Positions 33,587 to 43,365 of a stretch of DNA of 51,669 nucleotides are shown piece by piece. Each line of letters opens with the position of its first letter. The first letter of the stretch is position 1. A program made the translations under genes and the position numbers. This DNA comes from Bdellovibrionota bacterium (GTDB lineage Bacteria > Bdellovibrionota_C > UBA2361): assembly GCA_041739515.1 (NCBI GenBank), contig JBGSNS010000192.1:1-51669 (forward strand), given 5' to 3'. Below the pieces are notes generated by a model that worked only from the letters and a program-made list of their open reading frames with translations, did no database searches and was not told the DNA's origin.

Positions 33587-34474
33587 ATGAAAATTCTTAT
33601 CTCCGGCGCATCAGGACTAATTGGAACCGCTCTATCTGAGTTCCTCACAGCGGCGGGCCATTCAGTCTCTAGACTTGTTCGTAGAAAGCCTAAGAACGAA
33701 CAAGAAATATTCTGGGATCCGGACGCAGGCGTTCTTGATTCCTCGGCGGTTGAAGGATTCGATGCTTGGATAAATCTCTCCGGCGAGAACGTTGCTGGCG
33801 GTCGATGGACCGATGAATTTAAGAAAAAGTTGTTTTCCTCTCGTGTAAACACAACCGGGTTGTTGGCGAAAACCATCAATCAGATTTCTTCACCACCGTC
33901 AGTATTCGTTAGTGCCTCAGCGATCGGGATTTACGGCGATCGTGGTGATGAAAAACTCACGGAAGACTCTTTGCCTGGCCAAGATTTTTTAGCGGATGTT
34001 GCGCGCCGCTGGGAAGATGAGGCTCTCGCCGCTAATGATAAAACACGCGTCGTGCTCGCACGGATCGGATTGGTCCTCTCCGCGCGCGGAGGGGCGTTAC
34101 AAAAAATGCTTCTGCCATTCAAACTAGGACTTGGCGGAAAAATCGGGACCGGCAAGCAGTATATGAGTTGGATTACACTTGATGATGTGGTCGCAGCGAT
34201 CTATCACGCGATTACGACTCCTGCCGTCAGTGGCCCCATCAACTTTGTAACCGGCGAGCCGGTAACAAACCGAGAATTCACAAAAACTCTCGGACGCGTG
34301 CTGCATCGCCCGACGTTGCTGCCACTTCCAGCCTTCGTGGTGAAAACGCTTTTTGGCGAGATGGGAAAACGGCTTTTGTTAGGAAGCTTACGAGTGGTGC
34401 CGGAAAAACTAAACGCCACTGGGTTTGTTCCGAAATTTACGGAACTGAAAGCGGCGCTGAGGCATGTCGCTTAA
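33587..34474 (+). CDS. TIGR01777/SDR39U1-type NAD-dependent epimerase-family protein (YfcH-like, DUF1731 C-terminus)
   Basis: 295 aa. The Rossmann start is MKILISGASGLIGTAL. The region ...RWTDEFKKKLFSSRV... and the C-terminal segment are typical of this family. Confidence 0.85.
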   Translation: MKILISGASGLIGTALSEFLTAAGHSVSRLVRRKPKNEQEIFWDPDAGVLDSSAVEGFDAWINLSGENVAGGRWTDEFKKKLFSSRVNTTGLLAKTINQISSPPSVFVSASAIGIYGDRGDEKLTEDSLPGQDFLADVARRWEDEALAANDKTRVVLARIGLVLSARGGALQKMLLPFKLGLGGKIGTGKQYMSWITLDDVVAAIYHAITTPAVSGPINFVTGEPVTNREFTKTLGRVLHRPTLLPLPAFVVKTLFGEMGKRLLLGSLRVVPEKLNATGFVPKFTELKAALRHVA

Positions 34475-34481
34475 TGCGTAT

Positions 34482-35963
34482 TTACTTCTGAACAGATCGC
34501 GCTCTCCGAACTGCCTCATGCCATCCATCCATCAGCGATCTTCGCTCGGAATCGCCGATCGATGGCTCGAAACGCTTCTCAATCTTCCACTGGCTTTCAA
34601 GCTCTGAAGTATCCATCCAGACTCCGGCTGATAATCCGGCGAGATACGCAGCGCCTAACGCTGTGGTTTCGGAAATTACAGGTCGTAAAACAGGAATCCC
34701 TAATAAATCAGCTTGAAATTGCATAAGCAGATTATTAACCGACGCTCCGCCGTCCACTCTCAGCTCTAAAAGTGGCTGCGTAAAATCTTGCTTCATTGCA
34801 GCAGCTAGATCTGCCGTTTGATACGCCATCGCCTCGAGCGTTGCTCGCGCTATATGCGCCTTCGTTGTCCCACCGGTAATGCCGGTAATAATTCCACGCG
34901 CACCGTCATCCCAGTACGGCGCACCTAAACCAGAAAATGCTGGTACTACGTAAACTCCGTTCGTTGTCGCGACTGACTTCGCCAAACCCTCTACTTCTGA
35001 TGACGATTGGATTATTCCAAGTCCATCCCGTAGCCACTGCACGCCTGCGCCCGCGACAAAAACGCTTCCTTCCAACGCGTAGGTAAGGTTGGTGCCCGTC
35101 TGACACGCTACGGTGGTAATTAGGCGATTCGTAGATACGGTCGGAGATTCGCCGATATTCATCAACAAAAAACACCCAGTTCCATAGGTGTTTTTTACCA
35201 TTCCCGGCTTTGTGCACATCTGTCCAAAGAGCGCTGATTGTTGATCTCCAGCGATTCCAGAAATCGGAATTCCTGAAAGCGCTTCTGTGGCATTAGCAAT
35301 AAATCCGCATGAAGGAACGACTTTGGGTAACATCGACTTCGGGATACCGAAGACGCGCAGCAATTCATCGTCCCAATCCCCCATACGAATGTTAAAGAGC
35401 AACGTACGCGAGGCGTTGGTCGGATCGGTCACATGCGAAGAACCTTTGGTTAACTTCCAAATCAGCCAGCTATCGACCGTCCCGAAAGCAAGCTCACCGC
35501 GATCTGCTTTTGCCCTTGCTCCGGTAACATTATCTAGTAGCCAACGAATCTTCGTTCCTGAAAAATACGGATCAATTACAAGCCCCGTCTTCTCGCTAAT
35601 TAGCTGTGACAATCCACCTTGTCGTATTTGATCGCAAAATGGCTTGGTACGCCTATCTTGCCAGACAATCGCGTTTGCGATCGGCTCTCCAGTTTTTCGA
35701 TCCCAGACGATTGTAGTTTCGCGTTGGTTCGTTAATCCAATTCCAGCTATTTCAGTCGTCGCTATCCCTGCTTTACGAATTGCTGCGACAGCGACATCAC
35801 GTTGAGATTCCCAGATCTCAGTTGGAGCGTGCTCAAGCCAGCCTGGTTGCGGATAGATTTGCTTAGTCTCCTTTTGGGCGGAGGTCACGATGGCGCCATC
35901 TGAGTTAAAGACGATCGCCCTAGAACTAGTCGTGCCTTGGTCCAAGGCAAGGATAAAACTCAT
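34482..35963 (-). CDS. glpK: Glycerol kinase
   Basis: 493 aa. [36 protein letters not shown] and the C-terminal FGGY motifs are present. A strong AGGAGG lies upstream. Confidence 0.95.
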   Translation of the reverse strand: MSFILALDQGTTSSRAIVFNSDGAIVTSAQKETKQIYPQPGWLEHAPTEIWESQRDVAVAAIRKAGIATTEIAGIGLTNQRETTIVWDRKTGEPIANAIVWQDRRTKPFCDQIRQGGLSQLISEKTGLVIDPYFSGTKIRWLLDNVTGARAKADRGELAFGTVDSWLIWKLTKGSSHVTDPTNASRTLLFNIRMGDWDDELLRVFGIPKSMLPKVVPSCGFIANATEALSGIPISGIAGDQQSALFGQMCTKPGMVKNTYGTGCFLLMNIGESPTVSTNRLITTVACQTGTNLTYALEGSVFVAGAGVQWLRDGLGIIQSSSEVEGLAKSVATTNGVYVVPAFSGLGAPYWDDGARGIITGITGGTTKAHIARATLEAMAYQTADLAAAMKQDFTQPLLELRVDGGASVNNLLMQFQADLLGIPVLRPVISETTALGAAYLAGLSAGVWMDTSELESQWKIEKRFEPSIGDSERRSLMDGWHEAVRRARSVQK

Positions 35964-36022
35964 GCCTCCTGGCTTTACTGCCGGAAGCCTAACTTCGCAA
36001 ATATGGAGACTTTCTCAACATC

Positions 36023-37975
36023 CTAATGAGTTTTGGTGAGCTTAGCTCGTTGAGCATCCAATCTGCCAAAAAATCTGGCCGTATCTTCCTTCGGTGTTCC
36101 GAGCCTTCGAGTATATATATCCAATCGGCCCAGCTCATGAAGCGCAAACTCACCAATCTGCATCTCCAGCTTTCCCATCGCTCTCAGCACTTCTGTAGCG
36201 CCGAATTTTTTCGCAATCGATGTTTGCTCGTTGGCGATCACCACATCATCGTTTAGTGATGAGCGAATTTTTACACACGACGCTCGGAGTTGATCAATAA
36301 GAACCAACCGCTTCAGGGTCGTTAGGGTTAAGGCTTGAGCGTCTCTGGGGCCTTCCTCCAACTGTTGATCGGTAAAAGGCTTTAGTCTATTAAGCGCCGC
36401 GCGTGCTGTAGGGTCGGAGATACCGAGCTCTTCAGCATACTGTGAAATGCCGTGAAAATGCGTGAGCTTAAGACGCTCGATTACGTCTTTATCGATAACT
36501 GGATCAAAGTAATGACAATCTAAGAGTCTCCTAATTCCAGCCGGATCAAGCGGAAGCTTGGCGAGCATTCCAGCGGCGTCAAAGAGATCAAATTTCCCAA
36601 CCTCATAACTCCGCCCTGCTGTAAGCTTCTCAATGATAATCCCCTCCGGAGGACACAAATAAACGTGACGTCCACTTGGCAGTTCCACGGTGCGGCGATG
36701 AAACTGATCTAGGGCATTGAACGGGAACACGTAGCAAAATCCCTGATTGTTGGGCTGAATTCGAGTTATAGTCAGCGCATCAAGCTCAACAAGTTGCTGA
36801 AACTTTCGGCTGTGCGCTTTGCCGGGAAATCCCCGACAATGATAAATATTTTTGTTCCAACCGTCGCTTAATGGAGCAAGCTGATCAGAACAACTCCTCA
36901 AAAGCTCTCCCATCCGGCGTTCGAGATCTGGAGTCTCGCAGGCTGTGAAATCTATATCGAGCGAAACCGGTCGTGAGTCCTCAAGGTACAACCCGACCGC
37001 GAGCCCTCCTTTTATGCACGGGACAAATCCCTGCTCGATACACGCCACGGCAAGGTTGTTATCCAAAACATCAATCAGGGCATTTGGAATAAACTTGTGC
37101 CCGTAACCAAGTTTACGTTCCAATAAGACATCAGTTGCTAGAACTTTTGCTCGCTCTCTGGCGCGTGACATTTCTTCTTTCAGAATATTTTGTATGCGCT
37201 CTGGGGTTGCGGGTTGAACCTGCTCTTCTGAAAAACCTTGATGCGACACCTCTGCGGAGGACAAATTTAATATTGAGCGCATGCCATAAATATCAACCAG
37301 ACCAGGAATCTGTGGGCCATCAGCATGGGCCATTTCTGCTAGTTTACTCACTCTCTCTAACAACTCGCCCGGAAAAGCTTCGGGTCGTGTGGAAAGACGC
37401 TGTGCTAGTACCTTCAAGGGAACCTCTGCCCGAATCACACAGATAGCTGCAAGCGGCGCAATATTACGGATTCCCTCGATCATCGCCGGAATTTCTTCGC
37501 ACCTACCAACGATATATCCGATCGAGTTATGATCTTTAAATGCCCTAACCAGTGATTCAGATGGAAACCCATAGTAACCCTGATACTTATGCTCAGCGAA
37601 AAATACACGATCGGCGCTAGTTAAATCCCGAGCATCGCCTACGTACTGATTCTTTGCTGCGGCCGCCGGAGAATATTCAAGCATGTGATGAGACCACACC
37701 TTGTCACCACCTGTATCCCCTGCACGGACCTTTCGCGGCATAAGTCGCTCACCACAAATCGCTCCGAGTGTTTCGGCGTTTGACAGGATAATCGATTTTC
37801 CAGCAGACGATTGTCCTGCGATGATCACCACGATCGGCTGATCGTCCCTAAGCTTACTCTCAAGATAAACAAGCCGACCATCTGGACGATTCTGTATCGT
37901 TTGGTTTGCAAAATCCGGCGCGCCCTCTGAGTGACGAGGCGTAGTGGGCGAATTCTCAGCTTGAGATGCTTTCAT
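36023..37975 (-). CDS. Fusion protein: N-terminal P-loop kinase-like domain plus AbiEii/DUF1814-like nucleotidyltransferase domain
   Basis: Start taken as ATG 37975, whereas the ORF track opens at TTG 38023. The Walker A motif is VVIIAGQSSAGKS (37793-37816), zeta-toxin/NMP-kinase-like. The segment ...HKYQGYYGFPSESLVRAF.. is guanylate-kinase/PhnN-like. The central IKGGLAVGLYLEDSRPVSLDIDFTA matches the GG(T)AL...R.S.D(I/L)DF signature I remember for AbiEii NTases. The C-terminal 200 aa or so are helical and unassigned. Confidence 0.45.
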   Translation of the reverse strand: MKASQAENSPTTPRHSEGAPDFANQTIQNRPDGRLVYLESKLRDDQPIVVIIAGQSSAGKSIILSNAETLGAICGERLMPRKVRAGDTGGDKVWSHHMLEYSPAAAAKNQYVGDARDLTSADRVFFAEHKYQGYYGFPSESLVRAFKDHNSIGYIVGRCEEIPAMIEGIRNIAPLAAICVIRAEVPLKVLAQRLSTRPEAFPGELLERVSKLAEMAHADGPQIPGLVDIYGMRSILNLSSAEVSHQGFSEEQVQPATPERIQNILKEEMSRARERAKVLATDVLLERKLGYGHKFIPNALIDVLDNNLAVACIEQGFVPCIKGGLAVGLYLEDSRPVSLDIDFTACETPDLERRMGELLRSCSDQLAPLSDGWNKNIYHCRGFPGKAHSRKFQQLVELDALTITRIQPNNQGFCYVFPFNALDQFHRRTVELPSGRHVYLCPPEGIIIEKLTAGRSYEVGKFDLFDAAGMLAKLPLDPAGIRRLLDCHYFDPVIDKDVIERLKLTHFHGISQYAEELGISDPTARAALNRLKPFTDQQLEEGPRDAQALTLTTLKRLVLIDQLRASCVKIRSSLNDDVVIANEQTSIAKKFGATEVLRAMGKLEMQIGEFALHELGRLDIYTRRLGTPKEDTARFFGRLDAQRAKLTKTH

Positions 37976-38120
37976 GGCACCGACTATATCAGCAACAAAA
38001 TCGCTAATAAAATCGCTAACCAAATCTTAACGGAAAGCTTAACTCTCGCCATCCACCGAGCTTAGGGCGTGGTGCTTTTTATTCTCATTCGTCCCGGTTT
38101 CTGTTAGCGTTGAAGCTCGC

Positions 38121-38918
38121 ATGACTCAACCTCTTCATTTCATTCACATCTCGGACACCCATATCGGCCCTACCCGAGACTTTGAGCTGCGTGGGGTAAA
38201 CCCGGCCAAATCAGCGGAGCAAGTCGTCGATGCCATTTGTGCCTTACCCTTTAAGCCCGCCTTTGTAATCCATACCGGCGACGTAGCGGCCGATCCCGAC
38301 GAAGAGTCGTACAGGCTGATTTCGGAGATTTTTGCCAGAATTAACCTGCCCATCAGGTATGTGACCGGGAATCATGATAGCTCTATGATGTTGCGAAAAT
38401 TCGTTCCATCTTTAGAGATAGATTCCGTATCTCAGAACTCGAGCGTTTTATCGTACGGATTTTCCCATGGAGAGCACCGATTCATCACATTAGATGCGCC
38501 GACTTTGCAGCCGTTTTGGCAAGGGGAGCTAACCGATGAGCAATTCGCTTTTCTAGATCGGGAGCTTGAGGCCAAGCCACACTCCTTGACTATTTTCCTT
38601 CATTATCCAGCCATCCCTTTATCAGTCCCATGGATGGACGAGAAGATGATGCTTGCCAATGGAGATAAACTACATCGCAGACTTCTTTCGCTCTCGCCAG
38701 GTTGTATAAGGGGCGTTTTTTCCGGCCATGTTCATCGGGGATTCTCATTGGTCAAGGATGGGATTCTTTATCAGAGCGGACCGAGCACCACCCATCAATT
38801 TGAAACCTGGCCTAGCACAAAAGAGATAGCCTTCGTTAAAACCCCGCCGCCCGCTTTTAACCTAGTTACCTACACCGGCGATTCAACGATCGTGCAAACC
38901 CATCAGGTACTTGATTGA
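38121..38918 (+). CDS. Calcineurin-like metallophosphoesterase (GpdQ/CpdA-type phosphodiesterase)
   Basis: 265 aa. The motifs are HISDTH, HTGDV, GNHD, FLHYP and SGHVH. Its 3' end overlaps the convergent glpD by 16 nt. Confidence 0.8.
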   Translation: MTQPLHFIHISDTHIGPTRDFELRGVNPAKSAEQVVDAICALPFKPAFVIHTGDVAADPDEESYRLISEIFARINLPIRYVTGNHDSSMMLRKFVPSLEIDSVSQNSSVLSYGFSHGEHRFITLDAPTLQPFWQGELTDEQFAFLDRELEAKPHSLTIFLHYPAIPLSVPWMDEKMMLANGDKLHRRLLSLSPGCIRGVFSGHVHRGFSLVKDGILYQSGPSTTHQFETWPSTKEIAFVKTPPPAFNLVTYTGDSTIVQTHQVLD

Positions 38919-40567
38919 ACTCGCTGACTCGATCGCCCTAGGGCTGAAACATCCGAGCAGTTCGAATTTTCCGTCGATCCGGCAAGTGCTTGTGCAATTC
39001 CGTGAAGTCTCTTTTCATAACCAGATGACATAGTATTGTTTGGCGGTAACCCCAGGTTTTCAGCAACAATTGACAACTCTTTCAGTCCGTTGCCACTACG
39101 ATATTCAAGGTCAAGACGGCGGCGCAGCACATCCTCTACCGTAACTGCTTGCTCTAACTGAATTGCGATATCTAACTCGCCACGAAGAAGCTGCGAAGAA
39201 AGTTCTTCCCGCCACGCAGGGTTAGTCAAAAACTCCTCGGCTCGTGTTCCATAACGAGGAACAATTCGACGAGCATGGTCACGACCTATGCCTGATCGAA
39301 TCAACTCATCAACCAGAATGCCACTTTGTTCAGCACTGATCCTGCTGGGGTAAATCTCCCTTGGTGCAGCCTCCGGAATCGCTAGATTCAAAATCTTCGC
39401 GGCTTCAACGATACCTTCCCAAGCGGTCCATACGGCAGTCGTGTATTTCCCGCCAACGAGCGTAAGAATCCCGTCGTTGTACCTCCAAATATGTTTGCGA
39501 GAGATAGTCGCTGAATTATTTGCTGAATTCCTTATGGGCAACGTGCGGATGCCAGCGAACGCGTAGTGCGCCGATGCTCGGGAAAGTCCGCTAGCTGGGA
39601 GATCTTTCTCTATCCGGCCAAATATTTCGTCGAGTTCTGATTTGGTCGGCATCGGATCTATCTCTGCAACTTCGGTGTCGCGCTCAGTGGTTCCGATCAT
39701 AGTGCCGCCGGGATGTGGCCAAACAAAATAGTATCGAGCCTTGCCTGGCATCGGAAGAAACAAACTCGGGCCTTTCCACGGCTTATTAAATATTACATGA
39801 ACACCGCGGCTAAGTTTCACAGCAAGCGGATTTTCTGAATCAGATTTTCCTTGAAGTTTTGTAGCCCACGGCCCAGCACAGTTGATCACAAGCCGCGCCT
39901 TTAGATGAAATGTTTCTTTCGAAACCTGATCGTTACAGCTAAGAGTCGAAATGTCGGAGCGTCTCTCGATCTGATCAACCTTGATATAATTTAAACAAAT
40001 GGCACCGCTTAATCGCGCGCCAAGGATATGCTCTAGGACTAAACGGCTATCGTTCATTAGCCCATCTGTGTACTCAAAACACCCTTCAAGGTTGGCTGCA
40101 TCCGCGCCAAACCCAGTCTCTGTCAATTTGGAATTTGGTATCCAGCGATGCTTATGCTTGGGATCTTTTACGAGCAGATCGTAAAGAAAAAGACCCACTT
40201 TAAGTTTTAACTTAAAAAACCAATCTCCCTTAGGAATCGGAATTAAAAATCGTTCAGGCTTTACGATATGCGGAGCTTGCTCGAATAATTCCTCGCGCGC
40301 CTTTATCCCCTCAAATACCTGCTGGAAATCGAGCATCTCTAAGTATCGAAGCCCGCCATGAGCCATCTTAGAGCTGCGACTTGAGGTGGCAGCGGCAAAA
40401 TCGTCCATCTCCAAAAGCGCCACTTTCATGCCCAGCCTAGCCGCGAAGTTTGCGGTGGCGGCCCCGTGAACTCCTCCGCCTACGATCACTACATCGTAGA
40501 CTGATTCAGTCTTAAGGTTTGAGAGAATTGAGTCCCTGGATAATTTTAACGATTCAAGATCAAACAT
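38903..40567 (-). CDS. glpD: FAD-dependent glycerol-3-phosphate dehydrogenase
   Basis: 554 aa. YDVVIVGGGVHGAATA ... SSRSSKMAHGGLRYLE is a typical GlpD N-terminus, and a C-terminal alpha-helical domain is present. Confidence 0.9.
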   Translation of the reverse strand: MFDLESLKLSRDSILSNLKTESVYDVVIVGGGVHGAATANFAARLGMKVALLEMDDFAAATSSRSSKMAHGGLRYLEMLDFQQVFEGIKAREELFEQAPHIVKPERFLIPIPKGDWFFKLKLKVGLFLYDLLVKDPKHKHRWIPNSKLTETGFGADAANLEGCFEYTDGLMNDSRLVLEHILGARLSGAICLNYIKVDQIERRSDISTLSCNDQVSKETFHLKARLVINCAGPWATKLQGKSDSENPLAVKLSRGVHVIFNKPWKGPSLFLPMPGKARYYFVWPHPGGTMIGTTERDTEVAEIDPMPTKSELDEIFGRIEKDLPASGLSRASAHYAFAGIRTLPIRNSANNSATISRKHIWRYNDGILTLVGGKYTTAVWTAWEGIVEAAKILNLAIPEAAPREIYPSRISAEQSGILVDELIRSGIGRDHARRIVPRYGTRAEEFLTNPAWREELSSQLLRGELDIAIQLEQAVTVEDVLRRRLDLEYRSGNGLKELSIVAENLGLPPNNTMSSGYEKRLHGIAQALAGSTENSNCSDVSALGRSSQRVQSST

Positions 40568-40689
40568 ACAGACTTTTTACTCTCGCGGCAGAAGTGCGCC
40601 GAGATTGCAGATTGCCGAGCCACTCTCGATCAATTACGACCGAATTAATTACGATATTGCAGGACGCAACGTTAGTATAATCAAACGAA

Positions 40690-42090
40690 TTAGTCAGGTT
40701 TGTATACGCCGGTTCGGCCATGTTCTGACTGCCATTCATGAATCTCGTTCATACTGACTTTTCGAAGTTCTTTCAGCAGTTTATCCATTACAACCGAGGG
40801 GGATTGTTTACCGCCAAAAATATCGATTAGAGCATTTGTGATTGGGGTATAAATACCCGCTTTCCCCGGCCTTCCACCGACACCTGGTCTGTCATCGGTC
40901 AGTAGCTTAACGGCCCAGGCGGCGAGTGCGCCCTCAACGACATTACCGGATCCCTTAATAACCTTGTCGACGCGACCACCATTAGCAAGCGCGAGACCTA
41001 AAGCGTAATTGCGTCCTGCTGGGGAGCTGGTCGATAGGTGCAGATCAGGATATCCGCATGGCTCTAGAAGGGTTTTATGTTTTCCGCCCTTCCATTTAAT
41101 TATATTTCCGGCTTCCTGCATACCAAAGCGCATTATCTTCTCTCGCAGGTTTTGAGGGAATGAATTATCGCCATGGGCTAGGGTGAGGCCGTCGCATACG
41201 CCCACCATAACACTGATAACATTCTTCATCGCGGCAGATATCTGAACCCCTACGTGATCCGTAGTGAGCTCAGTTGTCACCTCAGCCCTATTAAACTTCT
41301 GGGCTACATGAGCGGCCACCTGTCTGCCCATTATTTTTTCTTGCGCCCGGTCGGGAGCAACTGCGGCATCCCGGTAGTGAGCAGCCACGGATAAATCTAA
41401 CGCATTACCGGATTTTAATTCCTCTGCGAATCCCGGTCCGGCTACCATGCAGAGAGCTTTCACGAACTCAAAATTCGGATGTGCGCGCATGAATTCAAGA
41501 GGTAAAAAAACCTCAGACCCCTTCGGTGGTCCGTTTCGGTAGCCATCCATTTCCGTATTAGGACGCCAGCCCTTTATGATTAGCCCCTTGGCGAGGTTTA
41601 CGACGATCGAATCAGGATGAGGCTTTAACGAGTTAATCTGATCCTCAAGCGCCATAGTCGGCACCGCGAGCATGATAATTCCACGATCCGTCAATGCTAT
41701 TCCACGACTTGAGGAAGCCCAAAGCTCCCGGGATAGCGGTCTGTCGCCTAGGCATTCAGTATTGCGATGATGTTTCGAAATATCCTCAGCAACGGTGGGT
41801 TTTCGAGCAAAAATTGCTACGTCATTGCCAGCTACAGAAAGCAGGTCGGCAATAGCAGTGCCATATTTACCCGCACCAACAACCCCGATGCGATCGATAA
41901 AATCAGGGGTTACCCTTGGGTTCGAGCATTGAGAAAATATCCCTCGTGCGCTCTCACCGGCTCGTCGCGCGTTAGCACCGATATCGACGCCGTCGAGCTC
42001 TGGGACTGGAATGCGCAAGTGGTTAAACATATCCGCGGGTTGAGGACGTACCGAAGGGGTCAATTTATCAGCTTGGGCGGTACCAGTCAT
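40690..42090 (-). CDS. NAD(P)H-dependent glycerol-3-phosphate dehydrogenase-like protein (GpsA family) with N-terminal extension of about 65 aa
   Basis: 466 aa. The Rossmann segment is IGVVGAGKYGTAIADLL, followed by GpsA-like central and C-terminal segments. It is longer than the roughly 330-340 aa typical of GpsA. Confidence 0.7.
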   Translation of the reverse strand: MTGTAQADKLTPSVRPQPADMFNHLRIPVPELDGVDIGANARRAGESARGIFSQCSNPRVTPDFIDRIGVVGAGKYGTAIADLLSVAGNDVAIFARKPTVAEDISKHHRNTECLGDRPLSRELWASSSRGIALTDRGIIMLAVPTMALEDQINSLKPHPDSIVVNLAKGLIIKGWRPNTEMDGYRNGPPKGSEVFLPLEFMRAHPNFEFVKALCMVAGPGFAEELKSGNALDLSVAAHYRDAAVAPDRAQEKIMGRQVAAHVAQKFNRAEVTTELTTDHVGVQISAAMKNVISVMVGVCDGLTLAHGDNSFPQNLREKIMRFGMQEAGNIIKWKGGKHKTLLEPCGYPDLHLSTSSPAGRNYALGLALANGGRVDKVIKGSGNVVEGALAAWAVKLLTDDRPGVGGRPGKAGIYTPITNALIDIFGGKQSPSVVMDKLLKELRKVSMNEIHEWQSEHGRTGVYKPD

Positions 42091-42222
42091 GTGTTTACTA
42101 CCAAAACACTAAACAAATCAGGGAAGCGGACTTTCCTTGAAAATGTAACGATACTCAACCGTTAGCTAGGGGGTTTTTAGTTAGATAAGTGTTAGTTGTA
42201 GCCTGACTATAGAGGAGTTTGT

Positions 42223-43323
42223 TCATTTGCTCCGCCAATACGCATAAAATTCCTCATAAAGGACTTTGCCCGCATTTGCTATCGCGTATATGACCTCCTC
42301 CTCTCCGTGCGCCAGCTCAAGCAGTTGGGCTGTTCCTGGAAGTTCGAGGCCCGGTTCTGCGCTGCCAGCGACGATAACAATTCGCTTGAGTTTCAATACA
42401 CATCTCCTAAGAACGTCCCCAACCACCTTTCCCTGAAGCGTCTGGTTATCAATCCGTCCTTCCCCAGTAATAACCACATCTGCCCAATCGATTTGATGAT
42501 CTAAGCCCGCCATCTCGGCAACGGTTGTAAAGCCTGACACCAACGATGCGTTGAGGCCCAATACAGCCCCCCCGCCAAATCCTCCAGCTGCCCCGGCTCC
42601 AGGAACATTAATTTCCCGATGAAGCTGTCGACTCGCTATCTCCGCAAAATTTCTTAATCCGGAATCGAGTCGCTCGACCATTGCGGGGTCGGCACCCTTC
42701 TGAGGAGCATACACGTACGCTGCGCCGTTCGAACCGTGCAGCGGGTTATTGACATCACAAAGAATCTGCACCCGTGGAAGAATTAGGGGTGAAGGAACAC
42801 AGGTTTTAAGCTTAATCAGGCTTTTCCCAATCCCCGGGACGGGATTTCCATCGCTATCAAGAAATTTCCAACCTAGCGCCGATAATGCGCCGATAGCGGC
42901 ATCATTTGTTGCGCTACCTCCAATTGCTATTCGCAATATTTTAGCCCCACGCTTTATGGCATCGAGACACAGCTCGCCGGTTCCATAAGTTGTAGTTTCC
43001 TCCGGATTTCCACGCTGCCCTTTCAAAAGGGCCAACCCACTAGCAAGCGACATCTCCACGAACGCCTCTTTCGTGCTCTCATGCCATAAATATCTAGAGT
43101 TCACTTTGGTGTCAGGAAACGGACCGCACACCTGAAGCGTCACAATCTGCGAGTTTGGAACGATTTGCGCTAAAACATCCAGGGTTCCATCGCCCCCATC
43201 CGCCAACGGGAGTTGTCTCACCACTACATTCGGAGTCGACCTACAAACATTACCGATCAACTCGCAAACCTGGCCCGCGGACAGCGATCCTTTAAAAGCA
43301 TTAGGGGCGATGAGTACATTCAC
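42223..43323 (-). CDS. Glycerate kinase (GlxK/GarK family)
   Basis: The N-terminus (M)NVLIAPNAFKGSLSA is typical. IAIGGSATNDAAIG and ITGEGRIDNQTLQGK are also present. The start was taken as GTG 43323, whereas the ORF track opens at TTG 43356, so the start remains uncertain. Confidence 0.85.
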   Translation of the reverse strand: MNVLIAPNAFKGSLSAGQVCELIGNVCRSTPNVVVRQLPLADGGDGTLDVLAQIVPNSQIVTLQVCGPFPDTKVNSRYLWHESTKEAFVEMSLASGLALLKGQRGNPEETTTYGTGELCLDAIKRGAKILRIAIGGSATNDAAIGALSALGWKFLDSDGNPVPGIGKSLIKLKTCVPSPLILPRVQILCDVNNPLHGSNGAAYVYAPQKGADPAMVERLDSGLRNFAEIASRQLHREINVPGAGAAGGFGGGAVLGLNASLVSGFTTVAEMAGLDHQIDWADVVITGEGRIDNQTLQGKVVGDVLRRCVLKLKRIVIVAGSAEPGLELPGTAQLLELAHGEEEVIYAIANAGKVLYEEFYAYWRSK

Positions 43324-43365
43324 GAACTTACATCGCTCCGAATAATCATATCGCAACCGATAATA

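Noticed and set aside
33544-33879. 111-aa minus-strand ORF
   Set aside because: It begins opposite the epimerase-family gene and ends in REP-doublet copy C. It is antisense to a well-supported gene.
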